This document shows, piece after piece, positions 23,706 to 33,584 of a stretch of DNA of 64,000 bases. The notes under the pieces were generated by a model, which was not told the origin of the DNA, did not search any database, and worked only from the letters and a program-made list of their open reading frames with translations. How positions within the stretch are numbered: the stretch's first letter is position 1; every line of letters begins with the position of its first letter. Location of the stretch: assembly GCF_001194135.2 (NCBI RefSeq), contig NC_068984.1:110257201-110321200 (forward strand). The letters run 5' to 3'. A program made the translations under genes and the position numbers. Source of the DNA: Octopus bimaculoides (Eukaryota).

Positions 23706-24616
23706 GGATCTTTCTGATTTGGCGGGCGCCACTTGTTTTCTTAACGAAACACTTTCAAACTTGGGACACTGGTAGAATGTGTCATATAAAACGTTTTTTA
23801 CTCTTAGCGTTATTGAGAAAATTTCATCTTTTTAAAGTTATTTCATGTTAAAATTGTCGTATTTCGGTAATTTCATCCAATCACTGACGTCTATTGAGGT
23901 GAAAAAAATTACTGCTGTGAATTGTCAACAAAACGTTGTGCGGTGTAATGAGATCTTTTCCCTTGAATAAAATTAGTGCGTTGTTTGTTAACAACAACTA
24001 TCGGTGGTACTGTTATCTATGACATCGTTCGTGTGTTTGTACTGGTTTTAGCTTTAGGGTTTTAGAGTTAGGGTTCGGATTTTAGAGTTAGGGTTACGGT
24101 TATGAGTATTTTTGTCAAATTTGGTGAAAAATTTGTGGCGGTGTATTGAACAGATTTTCACCAAATTTGGCAAAAATACTCATAACTCTAACCCTAATCG
24201 TAACCCTAACCCTAAAACCCTAACCCTAACCCTAAAACCCGAATCTTAACCCTAAAACCCTAAAGGTAAAACCAGTACAAACGCACGAACGATGTCATAA
24301 ATAACAGTACCGCCGATATTTGATGTTGACAAACAACGGCACTAATTTTATTCAAGGGAAAAGATCCCATTACACCACCACAACGTGTTGTTTACATTCC
24401 ACAGCAGTAATTGTTTTCACCTCAATAGACTCCAGTGATTGGTTGAAATTACCGAAATATGACAAATTTTAACATGAAATAATTTCGAATATAAACATTT
24501 TTCTCTGTTCTATAAGACAAAATATACAAGCATACGAAGTTTTAAAGTGTTTCGGTAGAAAACACACTAAATAAAACATAAATAAAAAAATGGTGCCCGC
24601 CAAATCAGAAGGATCT
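23706..24616. mobile_element. Foldback/MITE with ~425-bp inverted arms containing telomere-like TTAGGG arrays
   Basis: Termini GGATCTTTCTGATTTGGCGGG / CCCGCCAAATCAGAAGGATCT. Arms pair to a ~20-nt central loop at ~24133-24151. Flanks ggcctctg (23698-23705) and tgcctctg (24617-24624) match at 7 of 8 positions. Confidence 0.85.
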
Positions 24617-24696
24617 TGCCTCTGTTTAATTCTAGTCTTTCAAAGAAATCAGTAAAATCTTGATCATTGATTTCTATATCGGAGCAAGCCTTGTTT

Positions 24697-24792
24697 GGCT
24701 TCGCTCAGAACATCTGAAGTATTCGTCACTGAAGAGAGCACATCAGTTCGAAACACTGCGTCCGGTGATTCACCGGCGTTCTGAGCGAAGCC
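24697..24792 (+). ncRNA. Type I hammerhead-ribozyme-like motif with canonical core
   Basis: Core CTGAAGA (24729-35); helix II GAGC/GTTC with loop ACATCA; GAAA (24750-53); helix III C-ACTGC-G; triplet GTC ending at 24762. Helix I TCGTCA/CGGTGA has wobbles and an A.C mismatch, followed by TGAA/TTCA and a perfect 15-bp closing stem GGCTTCGCTCAGAAC (24697-711)/GTTCTGAGCGAAGCC (24778-792). Confidence 0.65.
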
Positions 24793-25207
24793 TTGTGTTT
24801 TTAGCAGAACGCTCATTGAGAAGTTTGCACATCATGTTATACGCACAGGTATTTTCATCTAAAGCTGATTCAAATGTGTACACTCACATGCACACACACA
24901 TATATGCATATTTGTGTATGTGTCTGTGCGTGCTCGTGTGTGAATGTGCATTCGTGTAATGTCTGTTCTGTTATTGTTTCTGTATATGAATAAAGCATCT
25001 CTTTCTGTCGTATGCGGAATATCTTCTTCTGCATAGTTGTGAGTACATGCATGTATGTGTGTGTATATATGTGTGCGTATATGTGTGTGTATATATGTAT
25101 GTGTATATGTGTGTGGGTGTGCAATATATGTTTACGTACACAAGTATGTAAATAATATATCAAGCGTGGGCTAGGAAAGTATATGAGTGCGAAAGAGAGA
25201 GAAAGAG

Positions 25208-25243
<36 letters not shown>

Positions 25244-25253
25244 NNNNNNNNNN

Positions 25254-25288
<35 letters not shown>

Positions 25289-25516
25289 TGTGTGAGTGTG
25301 TGTGTGTGCGTTTGTCCTGGGTGTGTAAGAGAAAGTAAGTTGCCCTATATGCATATATACATACATACATACATACATACACTGATATGTATTTTTACAC
25401 ACCTAGACACACGCACATATACATGTGTATATCTTCAAACGTCAATGTGAATATATAATTGTTTGTAATTCTATATTTGTATGTATATGGGCACACGAGT
25501 AAATATGTGTGTGCAT

Positions 25517-25562
<46 letters not shown>

Positions 25563-25977
25563 NNNNNNNNNNGAGAGAGAGAGAGAGAGAGAGAAAACAG
25601 TTTGTAAATAATTAAATAGTCTTAAAACAATTTAACGAACGATACATAAAATTACAAACAAAAAACAAAAAGATTAATAACACAAAATAATTTTTTGTTG
25701 AAATATCAAAAAATACCTCAAACGTCACAAGAGAATAAACAATAATCAAAAAATATTAAAAAGAAACTATTAGAACTACAATTGAATTTCTTTTAATTCA
25801 TCTGCAATGAAGAGTTAAACTCACGGTGAAAACACCATGCACCTGGACATATTGACACAAGCATATACGAATGCACACATATGTATACATATGCATACAC
25901 TCAACACATTAATATATGTATGCGTGTATGTGTAGTCATAGGTATATGTGTATGCATATGTGTTTATATGTGAATAC

Positions 25978-26024
<47 letters not shown>

Positions 26025-26226
26025 NNNNNNNNNNNNNNNNNNNNNNNNNNNNNNNNNNNNNNNNNNNNNNNNNNNNNNNNNNNNNNNNNNNNNNNNNNNN
26101 NNNNNNNNNNNNNNNNNNNNNNNNNNNNNNNNNNNNNNNNNNNNNNNNNNNNNNNNNNNNNNNNNNNNNNNNNNNNNNNNNNNNNNNNNNNNNNNNNNNN
26201 NNNNNNNNNNNNNNNNNNNNNNNNNN

Positions 26227-26309
<83 letters not shown>

Positions 26310-26538
26310 TATATATACATCTATATATATACATACATATATAAATGTAAATATCGATACACCTACAAGCATATATATGCAACTACGTTCGATATACATA
26401 TAACCGTACATATATCCACACACACATATATATATATACATATATACATAAACATTCATATATATATATATATGCATATACTTTTACATATATACATATG
26501 CATGTATATATATGNNNNNNNNNNNNNNNNNNNNNNNN

Positions 26539-26584
<46 letters not shown>

Positions 26585-27105
26585 CAATAATGTAGAAATG
26601 CATATTACACAACTGGCAGAGAAAATTAAAAGTTTTAAAAAGAAAACATGAAACAAATACACAAATATAGAGCAAGAATTTTTTTTTCCCATCAAGAATT
26701 TATCTTCACACATATCAACTGGTCTGTGAGTTTGGTGTCTGAAATTATTTTCTTTGTTTCGCTAATTTTTTTTTACATTTCTTACCTTGAAGTCATTAAT
26801 CTCACCTGGCATCAAATTTACCAAAATTCTTCATTGAGATTTGCTGCTAAAATGCCTTTACACGTTTCATTTTGAAATCTGTCGTATACCACAAAAAATG
26901 GTGAAAGCCGTAACATTTGAGACGTTGGCATTAAAATTGTGTTAGTAGTTTAAACCTGTAAAATTCTTTAAAGTGTAATCTAAGTGGTTTTGGGTGGTAT
27001 GGGGTAGTACGATGTGAGAAATAGGGAATGATAATGCAATGCGTTGAAATTGTATGTATATATATTTGCATGTGTATTTTAATATGTGAGCATATAAACT
27101 CATGT

Positions 27106-27446
27106 GGAGGCGCAATGACCCAGTGGTTAGGGCAACGGACTCGCGGTCATAGAATCGCGGTTTCGATTCCCAGACCGGGCGTTGTGAGTGTTTATTGAGC
27201 GAAAACACCTAAAGCTGTACTCTTTCACCTCAACTTTCTCTCACTCTTACTTCCTGTTTCTGTTGTGCCTGTAATTCAAAGGGTCAGCCTTGTCACACTG
27301 TGTCACCCTGAATCTCCTCGAGAACTACGTTAAGGGTACACGTGTCTGTGGAGTGCTCAGCCACTTGCACGTTAATTTCACGAGCAGGCTGTTCCGTTGA
27401 TCGGATCTACTGGAACCCTCAACGTCGCAAACGACGGAGTGCCAAC
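27106..27446 (+). mobile_element. SINE family B (tRNA-like head), internally deleted
   Basis: ggaggcgcaatgacccagtggttagggc...ggtttcgattcccagaccggg (A and B boxes) through gacggagtgccaac; collinear with 40506-40887. Confidence 0.85.
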
Positions 27447-27589
27447 CAATATAAACTCATATGCACACATATGCACGAACACACTTTTGAGCCTGTTTCC
27501 AAGCATGCAAAATGTGTGTGCGCATGTGTATGATGGAATCTCCTGTCGAAAACAACGTATGAGTGTTCAGGTTTTTGCTGAACTACCTG

Positions 27590-27830
27590 CACAAATGATT
27601 TGTTCAAAATGAGATCGAATGTATGTGCTGTACATTAGCTCTACTCCTTCCATCAAATCGAAGTTGTCTGAACAGGTGCACAGTGTACTATACGTTAGGT
27701 GTCGAAGTGATCGCGGGGCAACGTGAGATAAGGTGTTTTGCTCAAGAGCATAATGCACTACCCGTTCCAGGAATTGAAATAACGATCTCGTGACCGTGAG
27801 TGCAGCACCATAACCACTAAGCCATGTGCC
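27590..27830 (-). mobile_element. SINE family D (tRNA-like head)
   Basis: Reverse complement ggcacatggcttagtggttatggtgctgcactcacggtcacgagatcgttatttcaattcctgg...cttgagcaaaacaccttatctcacgttg; related copy at 37855-37990. Confidence 0.7.
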
Positions 27831-28455
27831 CCCCCCTCTCCGCCACATGTACATCTATCTATCTATCTATATATATATATATATATATATCCGTGTGTTG
27901 TGTCTGCGTGTGTGTATGTGATTATGTTTCATCAAATACACGATTGTGTTCAAGTCTTATCATTTTCATTTTGGATTTCTAGTGCTTTCGTGTTAACTTT
28001 TTTAGAAATATTTGAGACAACAGAATTCCTAAATTCATATTCGCCCTTTCCGGACAAGCAATCTCATTTTCAAGAACTGAATAGAATGTTTGATATACAC
28101 TGTTGAGTTACATACTGTTTGCAAACTGTCAAAAAACATTTTCTGCCAAAGTATTTTTTTTTTACCATTTTCCTTCTACGTCAACAGTCCCCTAATAATT
28201 TATTTTGTTGTGGTCAAATTTTTGTATATATTCAGGTATCTCTCCGAGTTAATTCATTAACATCATCATATCATTATGATTATTAGTTATTTTGCAGGTT
28301 TCCTCGCCGGAAATACTAAGGGTAAATACATATTTTATAAAATTCCACACAAAAATAAAAATCAGTTATGCTCATATGGCAATACAATGCGAAAATTAAC
28401 ACGCTGAAACACATATCGAAAAACGAATGCTTCAGTACTGATATAACAATTATAA

Positions 28456-28689
28456 AAGGCAGCAAACTGGCAGAAACGTTAGCACGCCGGGCAAAATGTA
28501 GCGGTATTTCGTCTGTCGTTACGTTCTGAGTTCAAATTCCGCCGAGGTCGACTTTGCCTTTCATCCTTTTGGGGTCGATAAATTAAGTATCAGTTACGCA
28601 CTGAAGGTCGATGTAATCAACTTAATCCCTTTGTCTTTCCTTGTTTGTCCCCTCTATGTTTAGCCCCTTGTGAGCAATAAAGAAATAAG
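28456..28689 (+). mobile_element. SINE family C, near full length, tail type 1 (AATAAA)
   Basis: A box tggcagaaacgttag; B box gagttcaaattcc; body ccgaggtcgactttgcctttcatcct; tail ...gtttgtcccctctatgtttagccccttgtgagcaataaagaaataag. Confidence 0.9.
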
Positions 28690-28885
28690 AAACGTTAGCC
28701 TGTCTGCCGAAATGCTTAGCGGTATTTCGTGTCTTTACGTTCTGAGTTCAAATTTCGCCGAAGTCGACTTTGCCTTTCATCCTTTCGGGGTCGATAAATT
28801 AAGTGCCAGTTGCGTACTGGCGTCGATCTAATCGACTGGTCCCTTCCCCCAAAATTTCGAGCCTTGTGCCTAGAGTAGAAAAGAT
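28690..28885 (+). mobile_element. SINE family C, 5'-clipped, tail type 2
   Basis: Same body immediately downstream; tail ...cccttcccccaaaatttcgagccttgtgcctagagtagaaaag. Confidence 0.85.
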
Positions 28886-29631
28886 ATAAAAATTATGAGC
28901 CTAGCTCTCAAAATTTGAACGTGCGAAGACAGGTGTGTGTGTAGATGCGGTTTTGTATAGCATACGACGATCAGATACTTGATACTTATAAATTCAACAG
29001 AAATAATTTTAAAAAAACATCTAAACTAAACAAGAAATCTATGAAAATTAAGGTGACATAGATACCTGCTACATTGGTTAAAAAGTCAACTAGTTTATCA
29101 CATCTTCGTTGATTAAACTTCTGTGTTTTCCATATTGCATTATATCTTTTCTCAATCTTTACTGTTTGTTTATACACCATCGCTTTCCAAAACACATTCG
29201 AGACTTGCTATATTGTGTATATTTTTTTTAAAGTTTTATTCGCTTCAAAATGTTCAGGGTTTTTATTATTTTTAAAAGTATAATGTTTATTAAAATAACA
29301 TCTTGGCCAAAGGCTAAACATGTACTGTAAGTCGTGTATTATAATCAGTTAGATCTGCTTCAGTATTTAAATACCTTGCTGGATTGACGAGAGAGTTATG
29401 ATTTGAAGTAGGAATATTAACAGTTATTTGTTTGTATTGACAGTAGAGTTCCAAAATTCACCGCCAACCTATATTAGATATTATAAATAGTAAGTGCCTG
29501 TTTGGGACAGTAAAGCTAACCTTGTCCTGTGATGGGTCTCAAAACAAGCACCTACCTTTTCTGTGCTAATGGCTTACCGTTCGGTTTACAAAGCTCCAGC
29601 TATTCTATAATAATGACGTAACTAGATACTA

Positions 29632-29842
29632 CAGGGTGTCCACAAAGTCTGGGTACACAGGATTAATACATACTTTAAGAAATCATTATTTCTTATATTT
29701 AATTGTTTATGTTATGATTTTATTTACTCCATGTACCCACATGGGGATTAACACATACTTTAAGAAATTATTATTTCTTATATTTAATTGTTTATGTTAG
29801 GATTTTATTTACTCTTTGTACCCAGTCTTTGTGGACATCCTG
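29632..29842. mobile_element. Tc1/mariner-type MITE with TA TSD and internal tandem duplication
   Basis: TA|CAGGGTGTCCACAAAGTCTGGGTAC ... GTACCCAGTCTTTGTGGACATCCTG|TA; interior is two ~86-bp direct repeats. Confidence 0.85.
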
Positions 29843-30573
29843 TATAATTTCTGCTGTTTGAAGTGAAATTTAAGAGACAAAAACAGAAATTTTTTAAGAG
29901 GACGATTTCTATTCTTATGTAGGATATGCAACCAGATACCCACTAATATCACTACTTGGCTCTTTGGGTATCTTTATTGCAATCTAATATGTTACAATAA
30001 TTTGAACCAGATCTTCAGACTAAGTGACGTCTTCAAAGAGTCTCGCGAATGTTAGTCTCTGAAAACATAATGATTGCGGTATTTTTTTCTCTTTAAAGTC
30101 ACTTACAATAGAAAAATAAAACTAGTATTTCATCTCCAAATGAAAAATGTTAATACTTAATGCTAACTGATTAGGCTAATCTAGTAATCGACTTTGGTAG
30201 TATTAATATAGTGGATTTAGCGGCATTTCGTCTGTCTTTACATGCCGCCGTTTTCAACTTTACATTAGCGGCATTTCGTCTGTCTTTACATTCCACCGCG
30301 GTCAACTTTGTGTTTCATCTATTCGAGATCGAGAAAATAAGTACCAGTGGAATACTGAGGTAGTTATACTCGACTTAAGCCTCCCACCCTCGAAAATACT
30401 GGCTCTGTGCCAAAACTTGAAATCAATATTGTTATGGTGCAGGAGTGGCTGTGTGGTTTTCAAACAGGGTCCATTTGGCCCTTAGGGGACTATATAAGAT
30501 TTTTGTTGTTAAAATGTATCTGCAATAAATTGGTCGTACTTGTACAATACACAAAATTTTAAAATAATTATGT

Positions 30574-30947
30574 AGGCGCAGGAGTGGCTGTGTGGTAAGT
30601 AGCTTGCTTACCAACCACATGGTTCGGGGTTCAGTCCCACTGCATGGCACCTTGGGCTGACCAAAGCCTTCTGAGTGGATTTGGTAGACAGAAACTGAAA
30701 GAAGCCTGTCGTATATGTGTATATGTATATATGTGTGTGTTTGTGTGTCTGTGTTCCCCCCCCCCACACACACAACATCACTTGACAACCGATGCTGGTG
30801 TTTACGTCCCCGTAAACTAGCGGTTCGGCAAAACAGACCGATTGAAAAGTACTAGGCTTACAAAAAATAAGTCCTGGGGTCGATTTGCTCGACTAAAGGC
30901 GGTGCTCCAGCATGGCCGCAGTCAAATGACTGAAATAAGTAAAAGAG
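30574..30947 (+). mobile_element. SINE family A, full length (tRNA head, internal TA/TG microsatellite)
   Basis: ggagtggctgtgtggtaagtagcttgcttaccaaccacatggttcggggttcagtccc (A/B boxes)...gaccaaagcc...(TA/TG)n...ggtgctccagcatggccgcagtcaaatgactgaaataagtaaaagag. Confidence 0.9.
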
Positions 30948-31510
30948 TGTATAGTGGATAAAAATCATAGAATACTGAGTAAAACAACTTGCAGNNNNNN
31001 NNNNNNNNNNNNNNNNNNNNNNNNNNNNNNNNNNNNNNNNNNNNNNNNNNNNNNNNNNNNNNNNNNNNNNNNNNNNNNNNNNNNNNNNNNNNNNNNNNNN
31101 NNNNNNNNNNNNNNNNNNNNNNNNNNNNNNNNNNNNNNNNNNNNNNNNNNNNNNNNNNNNNNNNNNNNNNNNNNNNNNNNNNNNNNNNNNNNNNNNNNNN
31201 NNNNNNNNNNNNNNNNNNNNNNNNNNNNNNNNNNNNNNNNNNNNNNNNNNNNNNNNNNNNNNNNNNNNNNNNNNNNNNNNNNNNNNNNNNNNNNNNNNNN
31301 NNNNNNNNNNNNNNNNNNNNNNNNNNNNNNNNNNNNNNNNNNNNNNNNNNNNNNNNNNNNNNNNNNNNNNNNNNNNNNNNGAAAAGCAAAGTCGACCTCG
31401 GTGGAATTTGAACTTAGTCTGTAAGGACGGTCGAAATGCCACTGCGTATTTTGCCTTGCGTGCTAACGAGTCTCACAGTTTGCTGCCTTAAAAAAAAAAT
31501 AAATAAAAAA

Positions 31511-31586
<76 letters not shown>

Positions 31587-31599
31587 CAATAATAATAAA

Positions 31600-32667
31600 T
31601 GGTAAGAAAACCCTCTCGATGGGAAATACCCAAAGAAGGCTAATAAGGTCGATGTTGACTAAGTGATTCTCCATCAATGGTTAGTGCTTTCTGGCTTAAA
31701 ATTAGAGACAGAAGGGCTTATCATAGCAGCCCAAGATCGATGCCTACCTACAAGAGTCTACCAGGCCAACATCTTTAAGAGCGGTATTAACCCAACATGT
31801 TGTGTACGTAAGCAACAAAATGAAACCGTTGATCATATCTCCATGTGCAGTCCTCTTGCACCAACAGAATATCTCAACAGGCATGATAGAGCAACACAGT
31901 ATATTCACTGGGTAATTTGCAAAATCTTGTACCTACCCCATGATAAAAACTGGTGGGAACACAAACCACCGCCAGTGCTTGAAAGTCACAACATCTCACT
32001 CCTTTGGAACTTCACCGTTCAAACTGACAAAAAGATAGATGCAAATAGGCCAGACATTATTATATTAAAGGATTTCATACAAAAATCATGCCTCCTCATC
32101 GATATGACTATTCCAATAGACATAAATGTATCTGTCGAGATCAACCAAAAACTAAGCAAGTATAAAGATCTTGAAATAGAAATTGGCAAAATGTGTAACT
32201 TCAAGACTAAACAAAATGCCTGTTGACACAGGTTCCTTGGGAATGATAACAAAAGGGGCTGACTGCTACCTAGCTCAGATATCTGGAAATTCAAAAATGG
32301 AAGAAATTCAAAGTATAGTGCACATGGGAACCGCCCATATCCTACGTCAAATATTACCTATGTAATCGCAAAAGGATTTTAATCTGTAAACAGTGTCAAA
32401 ATACTTTTAAATGTACGTAACAACAAACACCTTTTTACTGTCATCTTGATATCAGACTATCATCTTATAATCAAATTACTTTTAAAACAAACTTCTAATT
32501 TTCTTATGTTTTGACAGAAATTCTCTAGAACAATACTCTGTGCAATACCAAATATATGGCACCCTAGTCATAACACCAACTTGAACTTCTAACTTGTTGT
32601 CTCTTGAGGTCTCTGGGTGAGACTTGGAGTCGACTTGTACAAATACAAAGCAAAAGCCAAACATATA
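31600..32667 (+). mobile_element. 5'-truncated R4/Dong-clade retrotransposon (zinc knuckle, RLE nuclease, 3' UTR)
   Basis: ORF 31663-32226: WL...LKLETEGLIIAAQD..LPTR.Y; degenerate CCHC knuckle (TCCVR..NETVDHISMC); RHD; W.EH.P; NRPDII..LLIDMTIP..KLSKYKDLEIEI. Continues in 32183-32365 (GSLGMI..IQ..VHMGTAHILRQIL). Bounded by (AAT)n on both sides. Confidence 0.9.
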
Positions 32668-32725
32668 CTACTACTAATAATAATAATAATATGAAGAAGA
32701 AGAAGAATAAGAATAATAAGAAGAA

Positions 32726-33249
32726 CAGCCCTGATGCAGTACCAGGCACTGGCTCTCATAGCTTCTGATCTTAATTGATTGGAAGTGCTATCATATACAT
32801 GTTTTGTCTTGGTATAAAAAATGGCTACAGCGAATATTCTACATTATTTACATTATTTACATTTGACGGATATTCGCCCTCATCTTGTTTGTTGTTAACA
32901 CAAGATTTGCTTGTCAGTTGTTTGACCTTAACCAGTTGAGCATGTCCCTTAGTGGCTAACGATATGTGCATCTCTGATGTGGAGAAGAATTCTTTGAGAT
33001 TTGAATAATTCACCTCTGGAAACATTGGTGTTTCGTTCAACATCCTTAAACAACGCTTATACAAGGACCTTTTCAGCGGGTTGGGTTACTCTACCTTAAG
33101 GAAATCCTAATTGGGCCATGCACTGTTTATCTTGATATGAGATCACTATGTTGCGCACATATGGTTGTGATGCATGTGCCGGGTAGTCATGTGGGTTTCG
33201 TATATTTTACCCCAGTGTCATTTTGATGGCATGCACTGCTCTTTTACTC

Positions 33250-33250
<1 letters not shown>
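32726..33250 (-). mobile_element. Non-coding family T element, most complete copy
   Basis: Collinear with 10748-11017 (5' part) and 54471-54560 (3' part). No ORF. Flanked by (AAT)n at 33251 and by GAA/TAA repeats at 32675-32725. Confidence 0.7.
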
Positions 33251-33284
<34 letters not shown>

Positions 33285-33299
33285 TAACGATAGTAATAA

Positions 33300-33570
33300 T
33301 CTTTTCTTTATTGGCCACACACACAACAAAAAGGTCAATACAAGGACACGGACAAGTGGGGCCTAACACAAAAACGCACGGAAACAATAAAATAGCAGTA
33401 ACAACAAAAAAATTAAACAATAATAATAGAAATCCTCAATCTCCCTACCAAGGAACTCTGTACATTCTGGTTACCCCGGACCACAAGGGAATCTCAGGCA
33501 GGGACTCCTCCCCCCTTCAATCCTTCCGACTTGTTCAGAGTAGGCCATTCTCACTACATTCACTTTCATT
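33300..33570 (-). mobile_element. Retroposon-like 3' end with AATAAA (family uncertain, possibly L1/Tx1-like)
   Basis: Minus strand: GC-rich UTR-like stretch, T-rich tract, then ...tgtgtggccaataaagaaaag followed by (ATT)n. Confidence 0.35.
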
Positions 33571-33584
33571 TCAACAAAAATGAT

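Noticed and set aside
24052-24263. TTAGGG arrays as a true telomere or chromosome fusion site
   Set aside because: The arrays are short, degenerate and symmetrically embedded in a TSD-flanked foldback element.
27106-27185. SINE heads (also 30574, 40506, 57352) as functional tRNA genes
   Set aside because: They have A/B boxes but no complete cloverleaf or acceptor stem, and continue into repeat bodies.
29444-29489. 46-nt + strand block between gacag| and |gtaagt (EFQNSPPTYIRYYK)
   Set aside because: Isolated, with no compatible neighbouring exon or homology; kept out of the features.
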